A stretch of DNA of 23,715 nt from Candidatus Micrarchaeota archaeon (lineage in GTDB: Archaea; Micrarchaeota; Micrarchaeia; Norongarragalinales; SBBD01): assembly GCA_038046605.1 (NCBI GenBank), contig JBBSVW010000027.1:1-23715 (forward strand), written 5' to 3'. Each line of letters begins with the position of its first letter. Position 1 is the first letter of the stretch. A program made the translations under genes and the position numbers. Under the pieces are notes generated by a model. It searched no databases. It was not told where the DNA came from and saw only the letters and a program-made list of their open reading frames with translations. Shown one piece after another: positions 1 to 7,427 of this stretch.

Positions 1-152
1 GGGCTGGGGGGCTGGGGGGATTGGCAATTTTTCGAATATGGGATTAAATATGCGAAATTTAGGGTTTTGGCATTGGGCACATCAAAACCGCTTAATGCCC
101 CAAATATCGCCTTTAATAAGGATATTACGCCCTAAAAGCTACTCCGATTTGA

Positions 153-1286
153 ATGAAATTCCCAAACCCTTACGAGAGCAGGCACTACAAGAAGATGATC
201 CTAGTGCCACTTGCCTTGATGCTTATTTCGCTATTTTTCATCCCAAGCATTCCTAGGGGCGTAGATCTTAAGGGCGGCTCACTGATTACCGTCCTAACCG
301 AAGAGCCGGCGGAAAATATGGCGGCAAGGAAATTGGAATTGGAATCTGCGCTTTCGAAAATTGCGCCGGATACCTCGGTTAGGCAATTCGAAAACCCATC
401 GGGAAGGGGCTTTGAAATTGAGGTAGGCGCAAGTGATGTCCTGGATAAGGCCGAGGGGCTACTAGCCTCCCTTAGGGCATCCGAATCGGCGCTTACAAAT
501 GAAATGCTGGTTCTTCAAAACCTCGAGGCAAACGAGGTAGATAAATCAAAGGTGGATATCCAACGGCAAAAGGTGGAATCACTAAAGACAGATTTCGTAG
601 CGCAGGGCAATTCACTTCTTGCGCAATTGAAATCGGATAAAACAATTATTGATTATTCCCAAGTGGTTTTGGTTGCGGAAGGGGAATATCAGGCTGCAAG
701 CGGAAAGGCGCGCGAGGACATACTAGGGGCGATACGGGGGGTGATTGCGGTTAAAACCTACAGCTCAAAGGAAGTTGGCGCGAGCCTTTCTAGGTTCTTC
801 CTTTCAAAGACAACCGAAATCCTGCTGGTTTCCCTAATTGCTGCGGGCCTTTTTGTCGTCTTGATTTTCAGGGGGGCGGTGGCTTCCATTGCCGTCCTTT
901 TTGGCGCATTTGCCGACCTGATAATTACGGCAGGGGTCATGGGCGCGCTTGGAATTCCTCTTAGCCTGGCAACAGTTGCCGCGCTTCTTATGCTAATTGG
1001 CTTTTCCATTGATACGGATATGCTCCTTACGATTAGGGCGCTTAAGCGAACAGAGGGGGAGGCAAAAGATAGGGTATACGATGCAATGCAAACCGCGTTC
1101 CTAATGAATAGCTGCGCAATTGCGGCATTTTCAGTCCTATTGATTGTTGCAATGTTCCTTCGCATTGAAACATATTATCAGATAGGGACAGTTGCCCTAA
1201 TCGGGGGGCTTGTTGATTTCATTGCAACTTGGCTTGGAAATGCGGTTCTTGTTTTATGGTATGCGGAAATCCGCAAAACTCGTTGA
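153..1286 (+). CDS. secF: Protein translocase subunit SecF (archaeal), with enlarged extramembrane loop
   Basis: N-terminal TM followed by GVDLKGG motif; C-terminal TM bundle with 'VAALLMLIGFSIDTDMLLT' (archaeal SecF IGYSVD-type motif); immediately upstream of secD. Confidence 0.93.
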   Translation: MKFPNPYESRHYKKMILVPLALMLISLFFIPSIPRGVDLKGGSLITVLTEEPAENMAARKLELESALSKIAPDTSVRQFENPSGRGFEIEVGASDVLDKAEGLLASLRASESALTNEMLVLQNLEANEVDKSKVDIQRQKVESLKTDFVAQGNSLLAQLKSDKTIIDYSQVVLVAEGEYQAASGKAREDILGAIRGVIAVKTYSSKEVGASLSRFFLSKTTEILLVSLIAAGLFVVLIFRGAVASIAVLFGAFADLIITAGVMGALGIPLSLATVAALLMLIGFSIDTDMLLTIRALKRTEGEAKDRVYDAMQTAFLMNSCAIAAFSVLLIVAMFLRIETYYQIGTVALIGGLVDFIATWLGNAVLVLWYAEIRKTR

Positions 1287-1295
1287 TCAAAATCT

Positions 1296-2894
1296 ATGGG
1301 CAACATCATTTCAATTTTCAAAAAACGGCGCGTGCAGCTGCTTTTGGCAGCAGTAGCACTGGCGCTTTTGCTTATTGCATTCCGCGGGATTAATTACGGC
1401 ATCGAATTCGAGGGCGGGGTTCGAATACCAATCACGCTTATTTCGGAGGGGCGAATCCCTGCGGAGGTGATGAGCCTCACGGCAGATACGCTAAAGCAGC
1501 GCATCAACAGCTACGGCCTTTCGCAGTCAATTGTGCGCCCGCTTGGTGAAAAGGAAATAATTGTTGAAATACCAAAAGCGGATGAAAGCGCAATAGCATC
1601 AATCCAAAAGATCCTGCGGGAGCAGGGAAGGTTTGAGGCCCTGATTGATGGCAGGCCCGCACTTGAGGGAAAATACGTCCTGCAAAATGCAATCGGGGGC
1701 GCAAATGGGGAGCGGGTGTATTCATCCGAAGGCGGCTACCGCTGGGAGCTTGACTTTGCCGTCACAAGGGAGGGCGGGGAGGCCTTTGCAAAAGTTGCGC
1801 TTGGAAAGGCGAATTTCCCGGTTTACATGATGCTCGATAGGCCGGAAAATGCCGCAATCATTTTGGATAAATCGCTCTTCAACCAATTCGGGGATTTTGG
1901 CAGCTTTGAAAAGGCCATGCAAGAATCGCTGCGCAAGGAAAATTCGAATATCGAGCTGATTTATGCGGATAACCTGAAGGATGATTTGGGCAAGCTTTCT
2001 GGAAAGGCACGGGTTGTGATTTCGGAAAATACCTCGAAGGATGATGGATTGATGGCGCTATTGGTTGGGGAGGGCTTTACGAAGGATCCTGAAGGCAAAA
2101 AGGTAATTTCCATAAGGCCCGATGCGGATATGCTTCCCGTTACATATTCATCGCAGCTTGGCGTTACGACGGTTTCAAAATGGCGCGCAATTGGCCTTCT
2201 TTCCGCGCCCACGCTTTCGGAAGGGCTGGCTACTGGCGTTGCTTCCCAATCCTATTCAATAACGGGTTCGTCAAGCGGGGCTAATCCCGATGAACAGCGC
2301 AGGAATGCATTTTCAGAGCTAAAGGAGCTAAAAAGCGTCATCTCGGGAGGAAAACTTCCCGTCAGCACGGTAATTGGATCGGCCTATGTTGTTGCCCCCC
2401 AGCTGGGTGAAAAGTTCCTAACCTATAGCTACGCGGGAATGGCTCTTGCCATCCTTGCCGTCAGCATGATTATTTTCATCAAGTACCGCCGGGCTTCGCT
2501 TGTCATCCCGATCATCATAATAAGCACGATTGAAATTTTCCTGACAACAACAATCATCGGCGTATTTGGGACGCTTGATCTTGCAGCAGTTGCCGCGCTT
2601 ATCGCACTGATCGGAACTGGCGTCAACGACCAAATCATAATCACGGACGAAATCCTCAAGCGCGGAAAGGCCCAAACGGAGGAAAGCGCAAGGAATGTCA
2701 AGGAGCGCATCAAAAAGGCATTCTACATCATATTTGCGGTCGCAGGGGCGATCCTTGCGGCAATGCTTCCGCTTTTCCTAACCGGCATCGTGGAGGTTAG
2801 GGGCTTTGCACTGTCCACAATTGTTGGCGTGATCATTGGGATAAGCATAACAAGGCCGGCATTTGGGGACATTATTGAAGAGCTTGGCCCGTAA
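1296..2894 (+). CDS. secD: Protein translocase subunit SecD (archaeal)
   Basis: GIEFEGG motif, 'LKQRINSYGL', 'SGGKLPV...VAPQLG', 'LDLAAVAALIALIGTGVNDQIIITDE', 'VRGFALSTIVGVIIGISITRPAF'; 9 bp after secF. Confidence 0.95.
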   Translation: MGNIISIFKKRRVQLLLAAVALALLLIAFRGINYGIEFEGGVRIPITLISEGRIPAEVMSLTADTLKQRINSYGLSQSIVRPLGEKEIIVEIPKADESAIASIQKILREQGRFEALIDGRPALEGKYVLQNAIGGANGERVYSSEGGYRWELDFAVTREGGEAFAKVALGKANFPVYMMLDRPENAAIILDKSLFNQFGDFGSFEKAMQESLRKENSNIELIYADNLKDDLGKLSGKARVVISENTSKDDGLMALLVGEGFTKDPEGKKVISIRPDADMLPVTYSSQLGVTTVSKWRAIGLLSAPTLSEGLATGVASQSYSITGSSSGANPDEQRRNAFSELKELKSVISGGKLPVSTVIGSAYVVAPQLGEKFLTYSYAGMALAILAVSMIIFIKYRRASLVIPIIIISTIEIFLTTTIIGVFGTLDLAAVAALIALIGTGVNDQIIITDEILKRGKAQTEESARNVKERIKKAFYIIFAVAGAILAAMLPLFLTGIVEVRGFALSTIVGVIIGISITRPAFGDIIEELGP

Positions 2895-3015
2895 AAAACA
2901 TCCCCGTAATGAAATATGATCCGGTATTTGGCCCTTCTTAAAAAAATAATTTTACCAATAGATGTAAAAAAGCCCCGATCCCCCCCTATGCAATCCAAAA
3001 AAGGGAGTTAGCTGA

Positions 3016-3993
3016 ATGGAAAAAAACAAATCCCCAAAATACCTTGGCGCGATGCTTGCGGGCCCTATTTCAAGGTCCGACAAAACGGCCGCCTTGCACC
3101 GGGCGTTTCGCGACGGGATTGGGATGATGGAAAACTTCGAGGGGGGAATTGCCAGGGATAGGTCTGAACTTATTTCCGCCCAGGAAAACTTCGCATTCAT
3201 AAGCGGGGGCCAGGCGGATTGGCTTGACCTTCTTAGGCCCCTTGCAAAAGGACTTGGGGGCTTTGAGAGAAGGCAAAGCGCCGGGGAGGATGCAATTGGC
3301 CCCGTCACAAGATGGTTTAGGACCAATTCCTTTTACAGGAAGCCAACAATAATTGAAAAACTCCAAACCAATGGGAGGGAACTCGCAAATGCACTGCCGG
3401 ATGTGAAAAACGGCGTTGCGTTCCTATTGGGGCCGCATTCGTTTGGGAGCCTGGTTGAAAACAAGCACTATGGGGATAGGCATTCGCTAATGGACGCATA
3501 CATGGAGGTTGTTGCCGCAAATATGCCCGCTGTTATGGATAAGGGCTATAAGTGCATCCTGTTCCTGGAGCCAAGCGTGGGATACGGGATGTCAACTGGG
3601 GCTTTTACCAAAATCGAAGGGTATGAAAAACTCTACCCCGGGGTTTGCGGGAAGGGGATGAAAATAGGATCGCACTTTCCATTGGCGGACGGCGCAAAGG
3701 CGCTTCCTTTGGTCGAGGGAACCCCGCTTGATTTTGTCGGAATCGACGGGATACATTCGGATTTTGGCAAGATATCCACATCGAAGGATGTGCTGATCGG
3801 GCTTGTTGATGGCGCAAGGGCGGGGATTGAATCGGGCGCCCACATTGAAAAGGAGGCGGCGAGGTTCATTGCAAACGCAAAATTCTCCGGCGGATATTAC
3901 ATCGGGCCAAATGACCGGCTCTTTGATGTGCCTTTTGGCATCGCGATTGAAAAAATAAGGGCGCTTTCACAGTACGGTGAAAAAATAAAATGA
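3016..3993 (+). CDS. MetE N-terminal-half-like protein (non-catalytic partner of a split methionine synthase)
   Basis: 'ISGGQADWLDLLRPL' and 'TRWFRTNSFYRKPTI' resemble the MetE N-terminal barrel (DG..W.D / RWFDTN.Y..P); GLVDG motif; no obvious Zn-ligand set; ATGA overlap with the downstream catalytic half. Confidence 0.8.
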   Translation: MEKNKSPKYLGAMLAGPISRSDKTAALHRAFRDGIGMMENFEGGIARDRSELISAQENFAFISGGQADWLDLLRPLAKGLGGFERRQSAGEDAIGPVTRWFRTNSFYRKPTIIEKLQTNGRELANALPDVKNGVAFLLGPHSFGSLVENKHYGDRHSLMDAYMEVVAANMPAVMDKGYKCILFLEPSVGYGMSTGAFTKIEGYEKLYPGVCGKGMKIGSHFPLADGAKALPLVEGTPLDFVGIDGIHSDFGKISTSKDVLIGLVDGARAGIESGAHIEKEAARFIANAKFSGGYYIGPNDRLFDVPFGIAIEKIRALSQYGEKIK

Positions 3994-5177
3994 GGGAAAA
4001 AGCATTCATAACGCAGGAAATTGGAAGCATCCAGCGGCCCATTTGGAGGCAAAAACTTGATGCACAGCCCAATCCGGAATGGATTGCGCAGGCAATGGAT
4101 TGGGGAAAAAGGCTTGGCGTTGATGAGGCCTACGAACTTGCAAACGGCAACAAAACCGGCCTCTTGCAAAAAAGGGCAATTGAAAGGGGCGCGGAGGATA
4201 AGGAGCGGATAATCGAAATCGCATCCATTTACGTAATACGCATGCTTGAATCGGCTGGGCTCGACAGGGTTTTCAACGGCGAGCAGCCACGAACTGAAAT
4301 GTACGATTTCCTTGCGAAGAATACGTCGGGGATAGAAACGGCAGGAGTCCTTAATTCGTTTGATGCGAATTATTTCAGGAAGGGGATTGTGAACGGGAAG
4401 GTTATGGTAAAAGAAGATGGAATCGCATTCTTCGAGTCGGAATACAATTTCGTTTCTAAGCATACCAAAAAAATAGTAAAGCCCTGCCTCACCGGCCCAT
4501 ACACGATGGCGGATTGGTCGTATATCGAGCATTATAGGAAGGCAAGCGAACTAAGGGGCGCAGGCCCATCCCAGGCGCTAAAGGATGGAAGGCGGGATGC
4601 GATTATGGCATTTGCCAATGATGTGCTTAATCCAATTGTGAAAAGGCTATCTAGCGCCGGGGCAAAGGTAATCCAGATTGATGAGCCGGCAGCGGCAACC
4701 AAGGAAGCAGAAAGCGAAGTGTTCACGCAATCAATCAATGCTAGCTTTGAGGGGATACCCTCTGGTGTGGAAAAAGCGGTGCATTTATGCTATAGCAATT
4801 ATTCGTCCCTCTTCCCGGCGCTTGCGGATTGCAAGGCAAATAGCTACCTGGTGGAATTTACAAACCATGCCTCGCCCACCAATTTCAAGCCGGATCAGGT
4901 GAGCCCCGAAACCTTCAAAATCTTGGAATTATTCGGGGAATACTCGATGGATGTCGATATCGGCGTTGGGGTTATTGATATTCATTCAGACCTGATTGAA
5001 ACCCCGCAAGTGATATGCGACCGATTGCTTTATGCCGCAAAATTGGTTGGCGACCCGACGCGCGTGCAGGTAAATCCGGACTGCGGCCTTAGGACAAGGC
5101 GATGGGTTGTGGCATACGAAAAGCTCCGGAACATGGTTTTGGGATCGGAAATGGCAAGGAAGGAGGTTGGTGATTAA
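3990..5177 (+). CDS. metE: Cobalamin-independent methionine synthase, catalytic (C-terminal) half
   Basis: TQEIGS N-terminus, GEQPR.EM, LTGPYTM.DWS, IQIDEPA, Zn ligands H-x-C (HLCY), E (LVEF) and NPDCGLRTR. Confidence 0.9.
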   Translation: MREKAFITQEIGSIQRPIWRQKLDAQPNPEWIAQAMDWGKRLGVDEAYELANGNKTGLLQKRAIERGAEDKERIIEIASIYVIRMLESAGLDRVFNGEQPRTEMYDFLAKNTSGIETAGVLNSFDANYFRKGIVNGKVMVKEDGIAFFESEYNFVSKHTKKIVKPCLTGPYTMADWSYIEHYRKASELRGAGPSQALKDGRRDAIMAFANDVLNPIVKRLSSAGAKVIQIDEPAAATKEAESEVFTQSINASFEGIPSGVEKAVHLCYSNYSSLFPALADCKANSYLVEFTNHASPTNFKPDQVSPETFKILELFGEYSMDVDIGVGVIDIHSDLIETPQVICDRLLYAAKLVGDPTRVQVNPDCGLRTRRWVVAYEKLRNMVLGSEMARKEVGD

Positions 5178-5180
5178 AAA

Positions 5181-6071
5181 ATGAGGGGAGGGCAGGTAAT
5201 GCTTGAAGTTACGCCGCCGGGCAAGCGCGCAACCCAGGAAGTTGTGGATAGGGCGCTAGAGAGGATCTCTTCTACCGTGGCACGGATTGGCTGCATAGAT
5301 TTCATCAATATTCCGGAAATTCTTGAAGAGAACCGCGGGGGGATCCCGCTTTATAAAAATGCGAGCACGCGCGAGTTTGGCAGGCGGCTTTTTGAAATGT
5401 CCAAAAAGCGCATCATCGTAAACAAAGTGGTCGTTTTCCTCGGGAGCAGGGAAAAATTCGAGGCATGGCTTGACGAAACCACAAGGCATTATGGGATTTG
5501 GGATTTCGTGTTTGTGGGTGGGAGCGTAAGTGGCCGCAAGTATCCGGGCCCCACGGTTATCGAGGCGAATTCGATTGCATCAAAAATCCCACATGCGCAC
5601 ATTGGCAACATTTCCATTCCCCAAAGGGAGGGGGAAGTGGAACGGCTTGTTTCCAAGACAAAATCCGGATGCAACTTTTTCACTACGCAAATCATCCTCG
5701 ATCCTTCTCCTGTTGTATCGTTGCTTGAGAATTACGATAAGGAATGCAAACGGCAAGGCATGGGTCCCTCGCCATTTTTCCTAAGTTTTGCGCCCGCAAG
5801 CGATATCGATGATGTGGAATTCCTCGAATGGCTGGATGTTGATGTGCCACTGGCGGTGGAAAAAAGGCTCGTGGGAAGCGCAAGAATGGGCGAAGAATCA
5901 ATCAAAGTGGCGGGGGAGATCTTTTCCGATATCCTAAGCCATGTGAAAGCCAAAAATATTGGCGTTCCAATCTCACTGAACATCGAGCAGGTATCCCATC
6001 ACAACTTCGAGCTGGCTGAGGAGATGGCAATAGCCCTTAAAGGGAAGCTTGCAGCTAGCAGCCAAAAATAA
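5181..6071 (+). CDS. Methylenetetrahydrofolate reductase-like protein (atypical/mycobacterial-type MTHFR family)
   Basis: EVTPP start, INIPE, FVGG, 'IPQR...EVERLVSKTKSGCNFFTTQII', 'FLSFAP...EFLEWLDVDVP' follow the MTHFR barrel pattern; directly downstream of metE with a GGAGG/GGTGA RBS. Confidence 0.7.
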   Translation: MRGGQVMLEVTPPGKRATQEVVDRALERISSTVARIGCIDFINIPEILEENRGGIPLYKNASTREFGRRLFEMSKKRIIVNKVVVFLGSREKFEAWLDETTRHYGIWDFVFVGGSVSGRKYPGPTVIEANSIASKIPHAHIGNISIPQREGEVERLVSKTKSGCNFFTTQIILDPSPVVSLLENYDKECKRQGMGPSPFFLSFAPASDIDDVEFLEWLDVDVPLAVEKRLVGSARMGEESIKVAGEIFSDILSHVKAKNIGVPISLNIEQVSHHNFELAEEMAIALKGKLAASSQK

Positions 6072-6087
6072 AATGGGGTCACGGGGA

Positions 6088-6273
6088 TTTTCTGCCTTGC
6101 CCCTTTCTTTCAAAAAGAAAGGTGCGATGGCTCCGCGCCAAAGAAACAATTAGTTCGCGAATCAAAACCTTTTTCTTTTGCGGCGCCACCGCTTTTCTTT
6201 TTTGACCTAGCAGACAAAGTCTGCGAGGCCGCAAAGAGCCATATAAGCTCTTTTCGGAAAAGAAAAGCAAGGC
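6088..6273 (-). other. tRNA-Trp T-loop intron (position ~59/60, 186 nt)
   Basis: Removal restores the TTCGAAT loop. Relaxed BHB: TTCG-AA|G-CCTTGC pairs with GCAAGG-C(A)GAA-AA|T. The exact junction is ambiguous by 1-2 nt because of A runs. Confidence 0.85.
6094..6151. repeat. 58-bp dispersed repeat, copy 1 (in tRNA-Trp T-loop intron)
   Basis: 57/58 identical to 21011-21068 in the same orientation; the only difference is 6132 T vs 21049 A. Confidence 0.97.
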
Positions 6274-6294
6274 TTCGAACCCCGATCCACAGGT

Positions 6295-6423
6295 ATCTTC
6301 GAACCTTTCTTGGGAAGAAAGCTTCACCAAAGAAAAGTCATTTCTTGCTCGTCATTATATCCGAGCTCCAACATTGCCATCATCGTCCCCGTTTAGGGAC
6401 TCAAAATACCCGAAATTAAGAAT
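6295..6423 (-). other. tRNA-Trp anticodon-loop intron (canonical 37/38, 129 nt)
   Basis: CTCC-AG|A ... GAAG-AT|A BHB-like junction with one mismatch in the 4-bp helix; removal restores the 7-nt anticodon loop. Confidence 0.9.
6349..6412 (-). ncRNA. Intron-encoded box C/D guide RNA for 2'-O-methylation of tRNA-Trp C34 and C39
   Basis: Guide CGGGTATT plus D' TTGA (6404-6401) puts the fifth nucleotide upstream of the box opposite C39. Guide TTGGAGCT plus D CGGA (6363-6360) puts it opposite C34. C' ATGATGG (6383-6377), C ATGACGA (6355-6349). These are the same targets as the known euryarchaeal tRNA-Trp intron guide. Confidence 0.85.
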
Positions 6424-6660
6424 CTGGAGCCTATTGTTCTACCAGGTTATACTATGACCCCATAAAGCCCTTCGAACAATTCCACAAGAGTATGGCAAGA
6501 AGCATTAAAAAACAAAACGGCGATGAAAATAGCTAGGCAATTTCTCATGGTGCGCAAATAGGATTAGGCGCATTTGCAGATTTAGGCTTGGATTTTGGAA
6601 TATGCAATTGATAAAACCCGCCATCATGATTATTCGGATAACTTATTGAAGGTAAACCAT

Positions 6661-7368
6661 ATGTTCGTAATCGGCGTAGACGAGGCAGGCAGGGGGCCGG
6701 TGATTGGGCCTTTGATTATTTGCGCGTATGCAATCGAAGGGGAAAAGGAGCCGGAGCTGAAAAAGGAGGGGGTGAAGGACTCCAAACTGCTCTCTGGGAA
6801 GGAAAGGGAGCGGATTGCAAAAATATTGGCGCATCACCCCCACGAAATTTGCGAGGTGCCTGCGGAAGAGATAACCCATTACATGAAAAGGAATGTGAGC
6901 CTTAACGAGATGGAGGCGGAAAAGATTGCAGCTGCTGTTTTGACATTGTCGATTAGGCTTGCCAAGGGCGCAGGCGGCTTTGGGGGGCAGGCAGGAGAAG
7001 TGATCTCAAAGATCTTCGTGGATTCGCCCGATCCGATACCAAAGAAATTCGAGGTGAGAATCCGAAAATACTTAAGGGGAACGCCGCTTGAAAAAACCAA
7101 TATTGTGAGCGAGAACAAGGCGGATTTCAAGTATTTGTGCGTGGGCGCGGCGTCCATACTGGCAAAGAGCATGCGCGAAAGAAGGGTGGCAGATATTGCC
7201 GCGGAAGTAGGGGAGGATTTTGGCACCGGCTATCCTAGCGATGAAAAAACGGTCGAATTCCTGAAAAAGCATTACAAGGATGGGAATTTGCAAAAATACA
7301 TCCGGCACGGCTGGGCGACGATGAAAAACATAAGGACGACGGAACTCAAGCTGAAGGAATTTTTCTAA
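6661..7368 (+). CDS. rnhB: Ribonuclease HII
   Basis: GVDEAGRGPVIGP, VKDSKLL, ENKAD...VGAASILAK, FGTGYPSD; C-terminal PIP-box-like 'ELKLKEFF'. ATG 6661 preferred over TTG 6595. Confidence 0.96.
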   Translation: MFVIGVDEAGRGPVIGPLIICAYAIEGEKEPELKKEGVKDSKLLSGKERERIAKILAHHPHEICEVPAEEITHYMKRNVSLNEMEAEKIAAAVLTLSIRLAKGAGGFGGQAGEVISKIFVDSPDPIPKKFEVRIRKYLRGTPLEKTNIVSENKADFKYLCVGAASILAKSMRERRVADIAAEVGEDFGTGYPSDEKTVEFLKKHYKDGNLQKYIRHGWATMKNIRTTELKLKEFF

Positions 7369-7427
7369 ATAAAAAAATTTGGCGGAGTATAACTAATTAA
7401 ATATATTCGCAAATGCCGGCCTACCCT

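Larger units (their letters stand above)
6074..6461 (-). tRNA. trnW: tRNA-Trp(CCA) with two introns (exons 6461-6424, 6294-6274, 6087-6074; 73-nt mature form, CCA end not encoded)
   Basis: Spliced sequence GGGGTCA TA GTAT AACCTGGTA GAAC A ATAGG CTCCAGA CCTGT GGAT CGGGG TTCGAAT CCCCG TGACCCC A: 7-bp acceptor stem GGGGTCA/TGACCCC, anticodon stem ATAGG/CCTGT with CCA at 6427-6425, T stem CGGGG/CCCCG. Confidence 0.93.

Noticed and set aside
1-19. G-rich run GGGCTGGGGGGCTGGGGGG (possible G-quadruplex or short tandem repeat)
   Set aside because: Truncated at the window edge and too short to interpret.
2973-2981. CCCCGATCC matching the tRNA-Trp T arm (6280-6288), a possible att site bounding the met genes
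   Set aside because: Only 9 bp, does not match the tRNA 3' end, and there is no integrase; compatible with chance.
6079-6330. 83-aa ORF sharing the peptide HRTFLFERKGQG with ORF 20861-21058
   Set aside because: Shadow translation of the repeated tRNA intron. It overlaps tRNA exons, has no homing-endonuclease motif, and the two ORFs are unrelated outside the repeat.
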